A stretch of 64,000 bases of DNA, taken from NCBI RefSeq assembly GCF_009914755.1, contig NC_060947.1. The stretch is one strand, 5' to 3'. The translations under genes were made by a program, and so were the position numbers. Below are positions 1-13,526 of this stretch, piece after piece; the first letter of the stretch is position 1, and every line of letters starts with the position of its first letter. The notes beneath the pieces were generated by a model, which was given only the letters and a program-made list of their open reading frames with translations, made no database searches and was not told where the DNA came from. This DNA is from the human T2T-CHM13v2.0 reference genome, Homo sapiens.

Positions 1-910
1 TTATGCAGGGGGTAAAGCTGGATAAGAAATCAGTATAAAAGAACAGAATACGTTATTCAGAGAATAAGATATGACATATGCCAGGAGTCCACTCTTAGCT
101 GCCAACCTTAATAAAGAGATAAAAGCTTGAATAGTAAAAATTTAAAACGAATTATTGTATGCTATGATTTGTAATTTACAAAAAGGAATGGACAATTATG
201 TCTTTATTTCTGGCTTATCTTGGCCCAACCTTTCCAGGGGCCATGGCTTAAGAACTCTTCAAATAATTACAGGAAAAGAGAGAGGGTAATTTTCCTTTAC
301 TACCATTTATTTGGCTATTCAACTCTTTGCCTTTGATAATATGATACATTGAGAGGATAAATTTTTTCTATTCCTTCCCATATTAGTTTTTAGAAATGTC
401 AGAACATGCATATTTCATTCCCTCAGACATCTATGCTTCAAATATCTCAAGACACAGCATGGTCGATCAAGAAAATCATGACCAGAAGAGATCTGCAAGG
501 TTTTTTAACTCCTTCTCCTGTCTTTATAATATGTTGCCTAATGCATATATAGCTATCTAATCAGTTCTTAAGCAATTTCTATGTAGAAGGGAATAGGAGC
601 TTCAGTGTCCCGCTCAGCATTTCAAAGTGTCTCTCTGTGCTCCAAAATTCCATTCAAGTTAAACTGCAGTCATCCATGGATGCTATTGTTTAGGTTTATT
701 CTAAAAACATATGTTGGAGTAGCAATAAAGAAACATAAATGAGTAGTTATTTAAGAGCTGTGGAGTTGACTCTAACTGAAATTATTGCAATATATTACTA
801 AAACTACTCCAAAAGAATAAGTACACTATATAGTGTGCAACACCACTCTTTGGCTTATATAACACTTCCTTTACTACTTTACTCATAGATAATAGTTTTC
901 TTTCCTTAAA

Positions 911-1220
911 ATTTTTTGAGGTATAACATATAAAAATAAATGCAGATAGATCTCAGATTTATAGCTCAATGAACATTTATATATGTAACCACCCAGGTGA
1001 AAGCAGAAAAGATTTGAAGCTCCTCAAAGGCTCCCTTATGCCTTCTTCTAGTCAGTACTCACAGAAAAATTATTCTGACATCCATGACCATAGATCCATT
1101 ATTCTCACAACGATTTTCATATATATGGAATCATATAGTATATAGTCCTTTGTGTCTCACTTCTTTTACTTAATATGATGTTTATAAAATTTATCCATGT
1201 TGTTGTAGTTCATTATTTTC
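911..1220 (-). mobile_element. Old L1M (L1MC/MD/ME-type) 3' UTR fragment
   Basis: Starts ttttttgaggtataacatat and contains atatggaatcatatagtatatagtcctttgtgtc...atttatccatgttgttg, the reverse-complemented 3' end typical of L1M families. Confidence 0.7.
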
Positions 1221-1358
1221 TATGACTTTCTTGACTGTGGTCTAAATTTGTTGCTAAATAGTTTACAAATTACATCATTTCAATACATTATGCATCTAAT
1301 TAAAAAATGAAAAATTTGACATCATAATTTTAATCATGCTTCCTATGCCCGTTATATA

Positions 1359-1494
1359 AATACTGGTGTTCTTATACAATTGACACAGTCTCAAAAAGGG
1401 ATGTCTATATTATGAGTATACTAGAATAATTAACTGTTTTCTAAGCAAAAAGAACATCCCATTTTGAGGTTGCCTCAATTGTGTAATAACAGTA
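1359..1494. repeat. Imperfect inverted repeat (MITE-like hairpin), family unassigned
   Basis: Arm 1368-1404 matches the reverse complement of 1454-1490 at about 30/37 positions, with a 49-bp spacer. Confidence 0.75.
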
Positions 1495-2019
1495 TTATTG
1501 ATATGGCAGGATAAACAAGGTGTTGCTGAAATTCTGATGTGATATTTTCCATTTTTCAATTAGATTTCTGATGTATTAAAATAACTTCATGATTTATGAA
1601 CTCAACCTTGGCATTTTCTAAAAATCCCATTATCAGTAATTAAGAATATTATATTCTGTCTGCATTACAAGAAAGTATATTCTCAGTGAAAAGTTCTGGG
1701 AGCTTCTAAATTCTGACAGCAAAGAATTTAACTCACAATGCTAAATAGTGAGTGATATTTTCTGGGTCTCTGTATTAGAATCACCCACAGACAATGACTA
1801 GCATATTTAGGAAAAACAAAGAAAGCAATGTCTTCAAATAAAGAGCAGTTTTCCAGTTTGGGGAGAAGAGGAAAGAGATTGCAGATAAGTAAAGTTGTGC
1901 CTATTGCAAAAGATTGGGTTACAGTTAGAATTTGAGGTTTGTATTAGATACGTACAAATAATTTGGTATCAGGTTTAGTTCACAATCAAGAAGGTCCTTA
2001 TTAATTTGTAGAATATATG

Positions 2020-2130
2020 AACATCTTAAAGGCTGATGCTATATTTCATTAATCTTCTATAAGTCTAGTAAAGTTTCTGGTACATAGGCACAAAATAACC
2101 CTCAATAATTGCTGGTTCAGTTGAATTACC
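2020..2130 (+). mobile_element. L2 3' end relic
   Basis: tctggtacatagg...ctcaataattgctggttcagttgaat resembles the L2 terminal motif; highly diverged. Confidence 0.4.
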
Positions 2131-3627
2131 TTTGAATCCTGCCTGCAATTCCTGTAAAAGGGCAAATGATATGTTTAATACTCTCTCAGGGGAAGACCTA
2201 AGGGCCACCATCTATGTAGACAGATCAACAAAAATAATCCGGAATTACACTAACATTATTGAATAAAATGTATCTATGTCACCTTGTTACAGAATCAATG
2301 TTTAATATATGTGTATCCCCTTATGTTCCCAACTCAGCTTCATTCCAGGAATTTTGATTTCTGATTTGCATGGAGCTCATTATAAATTATTGTCATTAAC
2401 CTTTTTTACCAACTCCTGGTGTTAGTTCAGAAAACTGACTTCTCAATTGTGGTTAAAACTGGGACCAAAGGCTTTCTAAATTGCTACAACATTTCAACAT
2501 ACCAGAAATCTATGTAAAAAAAATGAGAAATATGACATCAGAATTTCAATTGTCCCCGCTTAGCCCATCATATCAACACTAGGGTTATTGTACCAGTTGA
2601 GACAACCTCAAAATTGATGTTGCTTTTCTAGTTAGAAAGCTGCAATTGTGTATGACAGTTATAAAACACAGTAATAAATTATATGGCATTATTCATGGAG
2701 TAAGCAAAGTTCTGTGGGAAAACACAGAGAGAGTCATTTTTTCCAGCCCACTGGGTTGTGTTGTGGACAAAGATTGCTGTTTATTTTCTTTATTCACATT
2801 GTACTCAGAAACTCAACAGTTTCATTTTTTTATATTTCTCTTTCAGCGTTTTAAAAGTTCTTTTGCAAGTACTATATTTTCCAGATATAGTTTGCCCTGT
2901 AATCTCTGAGTAAGCTATAATAATACTGGTCTTTAACATTGTGGGGATAGTAACATTACTTGATAGAAGATGTGAATTCCAACAATTCTTGGCCTATATT
3001 TGGATAGATTTTAAGGAACACGATCTCTGAAAGTGACTCTTCCCCTTGAAGAATATAGCCCTCAAGCCATTGAAATAACTACTATAACTTTTTATAGTGT
3101 AGGTATGGCTAATGTATCTAAAAATCTGTATATGCTTTGTCTTACCTTACCCGTGTTCTACTCTTCTGGTTAGCAAGAACCCTCTGCATGGTAAGAATGA
3201 CATTTGCATATACAGCTATCAAGAGGTGCTATGAAACAGTTTCTTGATGATATTTGAATATAAAGCACTTCTGTTACATATCATCTAATATTATCCCAAT
3301 TGCAATATTATGACACGTGAGGTTCTCTAAAATATCATCAGTAAAGCAGTCAAGTCTTCATTGTTTTAATTTTATTTTTCTGAGAAACTTGAATCTTCAA
3401 ACTGTTACTATACTCTTAATAAATAATACATTTTTTCAAATGTTCTAGTCTTAGAATGTTTGTTCACATTCCCAGGAATGTTAGAGGCACACCTCATGTC
3501 AGTCAAGGATTTACTATTTTCTTGACTCTAAGATAGGATGAAACATCATCATCATATGAATTGTAAGAAGAAAGATGACTGACATGAAACTACGTAAAAT
3601 GCTCTGATTGACTTTTAAAACTGAATA

Positions 3628-4059
3628 TGTAGCAGTTAGAAAGCTTCAGATTTCCAGCAAACCAACTCAAACTTGCTTATAAAATGACAATTTATTGACT
3701 CACATATTTGAAAGGGAAGACTGATGGTAAGGCTCAGTGATATCTTTAAGTAATAATACCCAATCTCTGCTCTGTATTTCAAAGTATTGGACGAAGTCTA
3801 CATGCTTCCTCATTCAAGTCTAGTAGGAGGCAGAAATCATCCCTTCCTTAAACTCATGAAGAGTCCTGAACTACATGACGATTGGATCCCTAGTAGTGAA
3901 TCCCTTTTTTGAATAAGCTAGGATTAATCTAACTGGCCTAGACTCATCACGGTCCACCCTTGGAGCTGAGGATGGAACAATTGCATTCAAATCTCATGGC
4001 AGCTAACCCATGGGGGAAGAATAAGATGATATTAGAAAAATGATAAAATTCCCACTACA
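3628..4059 (-). mobile_element. MLT1 (J/K/L-like) MaLR solo LTR
   Basis: TG...CA termini (tgtagcagttag ... cccactaca), accaactcaaacttgctta and tttattgactcacat motifs, flanks gaata/gaaaa as a 5-bp TSD. Confidence 0.65.
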
Positions 4060-7000
4060 GAAAATATGTTTCAAATGCCTCTCATTCTACAGCTTCTTTT
4101 GGAAATGGTTTCCATTGTTGTTAGCAGGTGTTTTTCTTTGATAGCAGTAAAGAGGTAAAGGATAAGCAGGCTTTCAGGGAAAGTCCTTTCCTGGGGCAAA
4201 AACTGTTGGATGCACTCTACTTAAATTTTGTCACTGCAAAAGGGAAAAAGATGTTGACCATAAATTTAAAAAAAAAATAAAGCATTCATAATAGAATGGT
4301 AGTCTGCTGACATAACAGTAAACTATGTTTAACTCTCTAGCACATTTCCAGGATTATTACAACTAAGTGGCAACAGCAAAATCACTCAGGAAGTGAAGAT
4401 CATGGCAAAGCAAAGAAAAAGATAAGGATGGGGTTGGGGAGAAGAATGAATGCAGAACTCTCAGAAATTTTTAAACTGATTAAGCCTAAAACCAGCCCTA
4501 CTACTCAACTATTACTATTCCCCAATTAAAACAAGTATCAGCAAACAAAATCTTCCAGTTTCTTTTAGTACAAGCAGAAAAATCCTAGAAGTAGAGGGGT
4601 CAGGTGAGCATAATCTACCAAATCATTATCTTCAAATCAAAGCAAGAAATAGGCTGAGAGAAAATCAGTAGGTAAAGCCTCCCTTGTTATATAAAAAAGA
4701 TGATGACTGAATATAGTTAACCAATAACTGATATGTGATTAGATGTTTACTCATATGTCACAACAATTCACACTCAATTTGCTTAACATTGTTATTCATA
4801 CATTGATGTGGACAGAAAAATGTGCCCAAATTAATAGTTAATAAACTTCTTTCATGAAATAGCCTCAATAGCAAAACCAACTTTTTTTGTTTGTTTTTTT
4901 ACTTTTAAGTTCAGGGGTGCATTGCAGGATGTGCAGGTTTGTTACGTAGGTAAACATGTGTCACGGGGATTAATTGGAGCCATTAGTTATATTACTTGCT
5001 TCTCTCCCTCTTCCCATCTTCCAAGCTCCTGATAAGCTCCAGTTCATGTTGCTCCCTTCTAATGTGTCCATGTGTTCTCATCATTTAGTTCCCACTTATA
5101 AGTGAGAACCTGCTGTATTTGGTTTTCTGTTCCTGCATTAATTTGCTAAGGATAATGGCCTCCAGCTCCGTCCATGTTCCTGCAAAGGGCATGATTGTGT
5201 TCACTTTTTATGGCTGCATAGTATTCCATGGCGTATATATACCACATTTTCTTTATCCAGTCTATCACTGATGGGAATTTGGGTCAATTCCATGTCTTTG
5301 CTATTGTGAATAGTGGTACAAAGAAGGTAAGCATGCATGTATCTTTAGGATAGAATGCTTTATGTTCCACTGGGTATATACCCAGTAATAGGATTGCTGG
5401 GTCCTATGGTAGTTCTGCTTCCAGCTCTTTGAGGAATCACCATACTGTTTTCCGCAAAGGTGGAACTAATTTATGCTGTCACCAACAGTATAAAAGTGTT
5501 CCTTTTTCTCCACATCCTAGCCAGCATCTGTTATTTTTTGACTTTTTAATAATCACTATTCTGACTGGTGTGAGATGGTATCTCATTGTTGTTTTGATTT
5601 GCATTTCTCTAATGATCAGTGACTTGGAGAATTTTTTTATATGATTGTTAGCTGCATGTATGTCTTCTTTTGAGGAGTGTCTGTTCATATCCTTTGCTCA
5701 CTTTTTAATGTTTTTTTTTGCTTGTAAATTTGTTTCAATTCCTTATATATGCTGGATATTAGACCTTTGGCAGATGCATGACTTGCAAATATTTTTTACC
5801 ATTCTGTAGGTTGTCTATTTATTCTGTTGATAGTTTCTTTTGCTATGCAGAAGCTCTTTAGTTTAATTAGATTCTATTTGTCAATTTTTGCTTTTGTTGC
5901 AATTTCTTTTGGCATCTGGGACATGAGATCTTTTCCTGGACCTATGTCCTGAATGGTATTGCCTAGTTTGTCTTCCAGGGTTTTTATAGTTTTCTGTTTT
6001 ACATTTAAGTCTTTAATCCATCTCAAGTTAATTTTTGTATATGGTGTAAAGAACAGGTCTAGTTTCAGTTTTCTGCAACTAGCTAGTCAGTTATCCCAGC
6101 ACCTTTTATTGACTAGGAGTCCTTTCATCATTGCTTGTTTTTTTTTTCAGGTTTGTCAAAGTCAAAAATAGGTAGGGGTGGAAACTCTTATTTCTGAGTT
6201 TTCTATTCTGTTCCATTGGTCTATGTGTCTGTTCTCGTACTGGTACCATGCTCTTTTGTTTACTGTAGCCCTGTAGTATAATTTGATGTTGAGTAGCATG
6301 ATGCATTCAGCTTTGTTCTTTTTGCTTAGGATTGTCTTGGCTATTTGGGTGCTTTTTTGGGTTTCATATTAATTTTAAAATAAATTTTTTAGTTCTGCAA
6401 AGAATGTCAGTGATAGTTTAATGGGAAAACTTACTTGGGCAGTAAGGACATTTTAACAATTTTGAATATTTTTATCTATGAGCATAGAATGTTTTTCTAT
6501 TTGTTTGTGTCATCTCTGATTTCTTTGAGAAGGGGTTTGTAGTTCTCCTTGTAAAGAAAGATCTTTTACTTCTCTTGTAATCTGTATTCTTATTTTATTA
6601 TTTTTTGTGGCAATTGTGAATGGGAGTCCATTGGTGATATGGTTCTTAGCTTGATTGTTGTTGGTGTATAAAAATGCTAGTAATTTTTTGACATTGATTT
6701 TTTTATCCTGAGACTTGCTGAAGTTGCTTCTAAGCTTAAGAAGCTTTTGAGCTGAGACAATGGGGTTTTCTAGATATAGGATTGTCTCATCTGCAAACAG
6801 GAATAGTTTGACTTCCTCTCTTCCTATTCGAATGCTATTTATTTCTTTCACTTGCTTCATTGCTCTGGCCAGAACTTTCAATAGTGTGTTGAATAGAAAT
6901 AGTGAGAGAGGGCATCCTTGTCTGTACCAGTTTTTAAGGGGAATGATTTCAGCTTTTGCCCATTCCATATGATGTTGGCTGTGGGTTTGTCATACATGGG

Positions 7001-7474
7001 TGTTATTATTTTGAGATATATTCCTTTAATACCTACTTTACTGAGAATTTTTAACATGAAGGAATGTTTACTTTTATCAAAAGTTTTTTTCTGCGTCTAT
7101 TGAGATAATTGTGTGGTTTTACCTTTAGATATATTTATGTGATTAATTATATTTATTGATTTGCTTATGTTGAACCAACCTTGCATCCCAGAGATGAGGC
7201 CAACTTGATCATGATGGATAAGCTTTTTGATGTGCTGCTGAATTCGGTTTGCTGGTATTTTGTTGATTTTTGCATCAATGTTCATCAAGGATATTGGCTT
7301 GAAGTTTTCTTTTTTTCTTGTGTCTCTGCCAGGTTTTGGTACCAGGATAATGCTGGCCTCATAGAATGAATTAGAAAGAAGTCCCTCCTTTTCTATTTTA
7401 AAAAATAGTTTCAGTAGGAATGGTGCCAGCCCAGCTGTTAATACATCTGGTCCTGAGCTTTTCTTGGTTGGTAG

Positions 7475-7915
<441 letters not shown>

Positions 7916-9120
7916 AGTGGTCTTTTTTTTTAAATATGCTCTGATGGTTGGTTGTATTTCTGTCAAGTCAGTAGTAATATTTCTCTTATTTTTTCTGATT
8001 GAGTTTATTTGAATCTTCTCCCTTTTCTTCTTTATTAAGGTAGCTAGTGTTCTATTTTTTTTTAAACCACCTTCTAGTTATGTCTGTCTTTTGAATGATT
8101 TTTCATGTCTCAATCTCCTTTAGTTCAGCTCTGACTTTGGTTATTTATTTTCTACTGCTTGCTTTGGGATTTGTTTGCTCTTGGTTCTCTAGTTCTTTTA
8201 GTTGAGATCTTTGGTTGTAAACTTGAGATCTTTCTAGCTTTTTGATGTGGGCAGGCATTTAGTGCTATAAACTTCTATGTTAACACTGTTTTAGCTGTAT
8301 CCCAGAGATTCTTGTATGTTCTATATTCTTATTAGGTTCTAAGAACTTCTTGGCTTATGCCTTAAATTCATTATTTATCCAAAAGTCATTCTGGAGCAGG
8401 TTATTCAATTTCCATGTAATTGTATGGTTTGGAGTGAATTTCTTAGTCTTGAGTTCTAATTTAATTGTGCTGTGATCCAGGAGACTGCTTGTTGTGATTT
8501 CAGTTCTTCTCTATTTGTTGAGGAGTGTTTTACATCTAATTATGTAATCTATTTTACAGTAAGCACTATGTGGCAATGAGAATAATATACATTCTGTTGG
8601 TTTTTGGTGGAGAGTTCTGTGGATATGTGTCAGGTCCTTTTGATCCAGAGCTGAGTTCAGGTCCTGAATATCTTTGTTACTATTCTGTCTTGATGATCTG
8701 TCTAATATTGTCAGTGGGGTGTTAAAGTTTCCCACTATTATTATGTGCAAGTCTAAGTCTCTTTGAAGGTCTCTAAAAATTTGCTTTATGAATCTAGGTG
8801 CTTGCTCCTGTGTTGGGTGCAGTGTATGTTTAGGATAGTTAGCTCTTCTTATTGAATTGAACCCTTTACCATTGTGTAATGCCCTTGTCTTTTTTGATCT
8901 TTGTTAGCTTAAAGTCTGTTTCATCAGAAAGTAGGATTGCAACCCCTGCTATTCTGTGTTTCCCATTTGCTTGGTAAAATTTTCTCTATCCCTTTATTTT
9001 GAGCCTAGGTGTGTCTTTGCACATGATATGAGTCTCTTGAAGTCAGCATAGCAATGAGTCTTGGCTCTTTATCTAGCTTACTACTACTCTGTGTCTTTTA
9101 ATTGGGGTATTTAACTCATT

Positions 9121-9230
9121 TATATTTAATTATAATTAAATTAAATTATATTAATTTAATTATATTTTTAATTATATTTAAAATATATTTAATTTAATTA
9201 TAATTAAATTAAATATATTTAATTATAATT
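9121..9230. repeat. A/T-only low-complexity insertion containing a perfect 40-bp palindrome (9181-9220)
   Basis: aaatatatttaatttaatta|taattaaattaaatatattt equals its own reverse complement. Confidence 0.95.
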
Positions 9231-12200
9231 CTTATCTCTGGATTTGATCCTATCATCATGATGCTAGTTGGTTACTTTGCAGACTTGTTTTTGTGGTTGC
9301 TTTACAGTGTCACTGGACTGTGTACTTCAGTGTGTTTTTGTAGTGGCTGGTAGTGTGTTTTTTTTTCCATATTTAGTGCTTCCTTCAAGATTTAAAAAAT
9401 ATCTGGTGGTTAATGAATTACCTCAGAATTTGCTTGTCTGGAAAGGCTCTTATTTATCCTTCATTTATGAAGCTTAGTTTGGTTGGATATGGTATTCTGG
9501 GTTAGAACTGCTTTTCTTTAAGAATGTTAAATATTGGCCTCAATCTTTTCTGGCTTGTGGGGTTTCCACTGAAAAGTCCACTGTTGGTCTGATGAGCTTC
9601 CCTTTGTATGTGACCTAACCTTTCTCTCTGGATGCCCTTACCACTTTTTCTTTCATTTCAACCTTAAATAATTTGATGATAATGCTTCTTGGGGATGATC
9701 TTGTGGAGTATCTTAATGGGGTTCACTGCATTTCCTTAATTTGAATGTTGGCCTGTCTAGCAAGGTGGAGGAGGTTCTCAGGCATGATATCCTGAAATAT
9801 GCATTCAAAATTGGTTAAATTTTCCCCAGATGTTACAGGTACACTAATCAGTCATAGATTTGGTCTCTTTACATAATTCCATGTTTCTCAGAGGTTTTGT
9901 TCATTGTCTGCCTGTCTTATTTCAGAAACACAGTCTTCCAGATCTGAGATTATTTCCTCCCCCTGGTCCATCCCACTACCAATACTTGTGGTTGCATTAT
10001 GAAATTCTTGTATTGTGTTTTTCAGCTCTGTCAGATCAGTTTATGTTCTTCTCTATCCTGGCTATTTTGTCTGTCAGTTCCTGCAATGTTTTATTGTGAT
10101 TTTTAGTTTCTTTTCATTGAGTAAGTATGTGATCCTTTAGCTCAGTGAAGCTCGTTTTTATCCACATTTTGATTTCAGCCATCCCAGCCTCAGCCCCATT
10201 CTGAACCCTTGCTGGAGAGGTGATGTTGTCATTTGAAGGAGAGGGGGCACTCTGACATTTTGAGTTTTCAGTGTTCCTGTGCTGATTTTCTCATCTTTGT
10301 GGGCTTATCTACCTTCAATCTTTGACATTGCTGATCTCTCAATGAAGTTTTGGGGTTTTTTTGTGTGTTTTTTTCTTTTAACAGTTTGGCCACTTTTCTC
10401 TAGAGCTGCTATGGTTTGCTGGGTGTCCACTCCAGTCATTAGTCACCTTGGATTTTCCAGTACCTGAAGGTATCACCAGTGAAGGCTGCAAAACAACAAA
10501 GGTGGCAGCCTGCCCCTTCCTCTGTGAGCTCCATTCCTGGGGGGTACAAACCTGTTGCCACCCAAGTTGCACCTGTAGAAGGAGGATTGAGACTCTAGTT
10601 GGGAAGTCTCACCCAGCCAGGAAGAATGGGATCAGGGACCCACTTAAAGAAGCAGTCTAGCCCCTCTTTCACAGAGCAGTGGTGCTGTGCTGGAGTACCG
10701 TTTGCACCACTCATCAGGTTGGGCTCTCTAAAGCCTGGAGGCTGGAACATCTAAGTTGCTAAAATAACAAAGATGGCGGCCCACCCCTCTTCCTAGGAAC
10801 TCTGTCCAGGCAGTTTTCAAACCACTGTTGGCCAGAGAACATCAGTGGGAATGGCTGCAGGCTTTGCTTGGGAAGTCCTGCCCAGTGAGGAGGAATAGAT
10901 TAGGGATCCACTTAACGAAGCAGTCTGGCCATGCTTTCTAGGGCCCTGGTTGGGAGGTGCCCCCTAGATATGAGGAGTGGATCAGGGTCCTGCTTAAAGA
11001 AGCAGTATGGCTGCATTCTGGTAGAGCGGCTGTGCTTTGCTGAGTAATCCCTTCTACCAGGGCCGCTGTCGTCTTTGCTGTTTTGGCAATTTAACTTTTC
11101 CAGCCTCCAGGCTTTGGAGGCATGCCTTGGACTCTCCTAAGCCCTCAGGCTGAAAGGGCAGAGTTATTCAAACAGGAAAGATGGCAGCCCAATTCTATCC
11201 CCAGGCACTTCATTCCGGGGAGAAATAAAAACTCTGCTGGAGAATATGGGTGGGGAGGGCTGGAGCTCCCAGCTGGGAGGTCTTGCCCAGAGATAAAGAG
11301 CACATCAGAGTCCAGCTTAAAGCAGCAGTCTGGCTCTGTTTTGGTAGAACAGCTGTGCTCTGCTGGGGGATCCCTTCCATCCCTGAATATTTTGATTTGG
11401 ACTCTCCTAAACCCACAAGCTGCAACAGCTGTCATCCAAACCGCAAAGATGGTAGCCAGGCCCTCTCCCAGGGAACTCTGTCCCATCCAAGGTAGGTGCA
11501 ACACTGTTGCCGGGGGCTGGCTGGAATTCCAAGCCTGTGAGTTTTATCCTGTGAGGTAACATGGAAGTGGGACCCACAGGCTGATGCTGCTTGGCCCCCT
11601 GGTTTCAGCTCCCTTCCTACTGGTATATTTGGAGGTCCAACCTCCTGCCTTACTTGAGTTTCAGTCACCTTTGCCGGGGATCCTGGAGGCAGAGTATGTA
11701 AAGCTCCTGGGACTCTGTGGGTGCCTGAACAGCTGCTCTGCTGAGACTTCACGCAGCTCTGTGTGTCAGACAGAAGGCCCTGATGGACGAGGTTTGCCAG
11801 GGTATCTCATGACCCGAGGATTGCAAAGATCCATGGGAGAAGTGTGGTTTCCCAGGGTCGCAGATTTACTCACCACTTCCTGGGTCAGGGGGAGGTTCCC
11901 TTGGCTCCGTGTTGCACTCAGGTGGGCCATCACCCTGATTTACCTTTCTCTGTTCTCCGTGGATTGAGCTGTTTCCCTGATGAGTCCTAATGCAAATACC
12001 TGGATGTTTCAGTTGAGGATGCTGTGTTTACTCACCCCTTTTGTTCTTCTCTGTGAGAGCCACACACTGTAGCTGCTTCTAGTTGGCCACCTTGGCCCCC
12101 TCCCCAACTTTATTTTTAAGTATAGGCTCACTTTCATTTCACTGCAACATTGTATTTGCAATTTCTCACCCAGTATTTTGTATGGAACATTTTCTATATT

Positions 12201-12396
12201 TTATAACATAAAAAAATAGCAATTTTAAATACAGAATATGACGTGTTTCTTATAAAAAGGAGAAAGCCAATTTTCCCAACCTGTTTTTTCCTTTCATAAG
12301 GCCTACCCTTCCCATTTTAAATTATTTTAATATTTATTCATATATATTTTCTATCAATTTGAAGAAATTCTATCATTAGATTGTGAATTTACAAAA

Positions 12397-12540
12397 ATAG
12401 AATCACAAAATATTAAGGCCAGAGGAAACCTGGAAATTATTTTATCCAATATCCTTACTTACCAATGAACAAAATGTGGAATGGGGAGGTAAAACAATGT
12501 ACCCAAAGTCTACACAGATAATTGGTGATGACAGATAATT
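12397..12540 (-). mobile_element. MIR fragment
   Basis: atagaatcacaaaatattaaggccagaggaaacctggaaattatt...cccaaagtctacacag resembles the MIR core. Confidence 0.5.
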
Positions 12541-12717
12541 AGACTGCCAAAACCTTTGTAGCATTTCTGAAATCAAAAACCCTGCTTGTGAAGAAAAGAT
12601 AAATCAAATTCAGCTGGAACGATCACAAAATATCTAAAAAGGATATGGAAATATTTGTTAAAGAATACCAAATTATTCTGATATGATCACTATGTATTAC
12701 ATGCATACGTTCTTGGA

Positions 12718-12738
12718 CACACACACACACACACACAC
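12718..12738. repeat. (AC)n microsatellite, about 10 units
   Basis: Direct reading. Confidence 0.95.
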
Positions 12739-13099
12739 TATACAAATTAGCAAAAGCACTACAACTAGAATTCAGGTCATCTTATTCCAGATGCAGTATT
12801 GTTTCTACTCCAACACGTTATCACACACTTGATAACTACTTAGATGAATTTTAAATCTAGAAATCTGGTAAAGGTTGTTCCTATATTTATGGAGATAAGA
12901 AAGACTTATTAAGTGACTAAAGGAATAAACAGTACAACTTAAAATTGGAATTATAAATTTTAAAATTTCTCATTTTCTCAAAAGTAGCTTTGGCTACTTC
13001 TTTTTTCTGGCTACACTTTTAATACAAAATAGCACTTCATATTTAGTCTATTGGTCTAACCGCCACAACAGTTTCTCACTGAAATAGAAGTACCTTGTA

Positions 13100-13280
13100 A
13101 ACAATGTGTAGTGTTTTCACATTAATTATCTCATTAAATTATTATACCAATCTCAAGAATTACGGGAAATATTATATTTCAAAGGTGGGAAACTAAGACC
13201 TATATAAAATCATTTATTCATCTGGAGACAAAGGCAAGACAGCAGTTTCCTGGCTCCTGAAACCAGTGCTGTTTCTGTTG
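13100..13280 (-). mobile_element. MIR fragment
   Basis: attatctcattaaat...ggtgggaaactaagacc...cctgaaaccagtgctgtttct. Confidence 0.55.
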
Positions 13281-13298
13281 CATTTAAATCTAAAAATC

Positions 13299-13526
13299 GG
13301 CTGGGCGGGGTGGCCCATGTCTTTAATACCAGCCCTTTGTGAGGCCAAGGCGAGTGGATCACTTGAGACCAGCCTGGGCAACAGGGAGAACCCTTGTCGC
13401 TACAGAAAACACAAAAATTAGCCAGGTGTGGTGGCACATACCTGTAGTCCCAGCTACTTGTGAGGTCGAGGATGCAGTCAGCTGTGATTGCACCACTGCA
13501 CTTCAGCGTGGGTGGCAGAGCAAGAA
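13299..13526 (+). mobile_element. AluJ with two internal deletions and no poly-A tail
   Basis: ggctgggcggggtggc start; J-type cagcctgggcaac and gaggtcgaggatgcagtcagctgtgattgcac; flanked by aatctaaaaa on both sides. Confidence 0.85.

Noticed and set aside
2640-2909. 87-aa ORF and homeobox-like motifs in unique DNA
   Set aside because: Non-ATG start, no protein similarity, no convincing splice sites; the motifs are expected in AT-rich DNA
11122-11967. Several overlapping 100-145 aa ORFs on both strands
   Set aside because: They lie in a GC-richer L1 5' UTR. No recognisable protein family, and no resemblance to L1 ORF0 that I can support.
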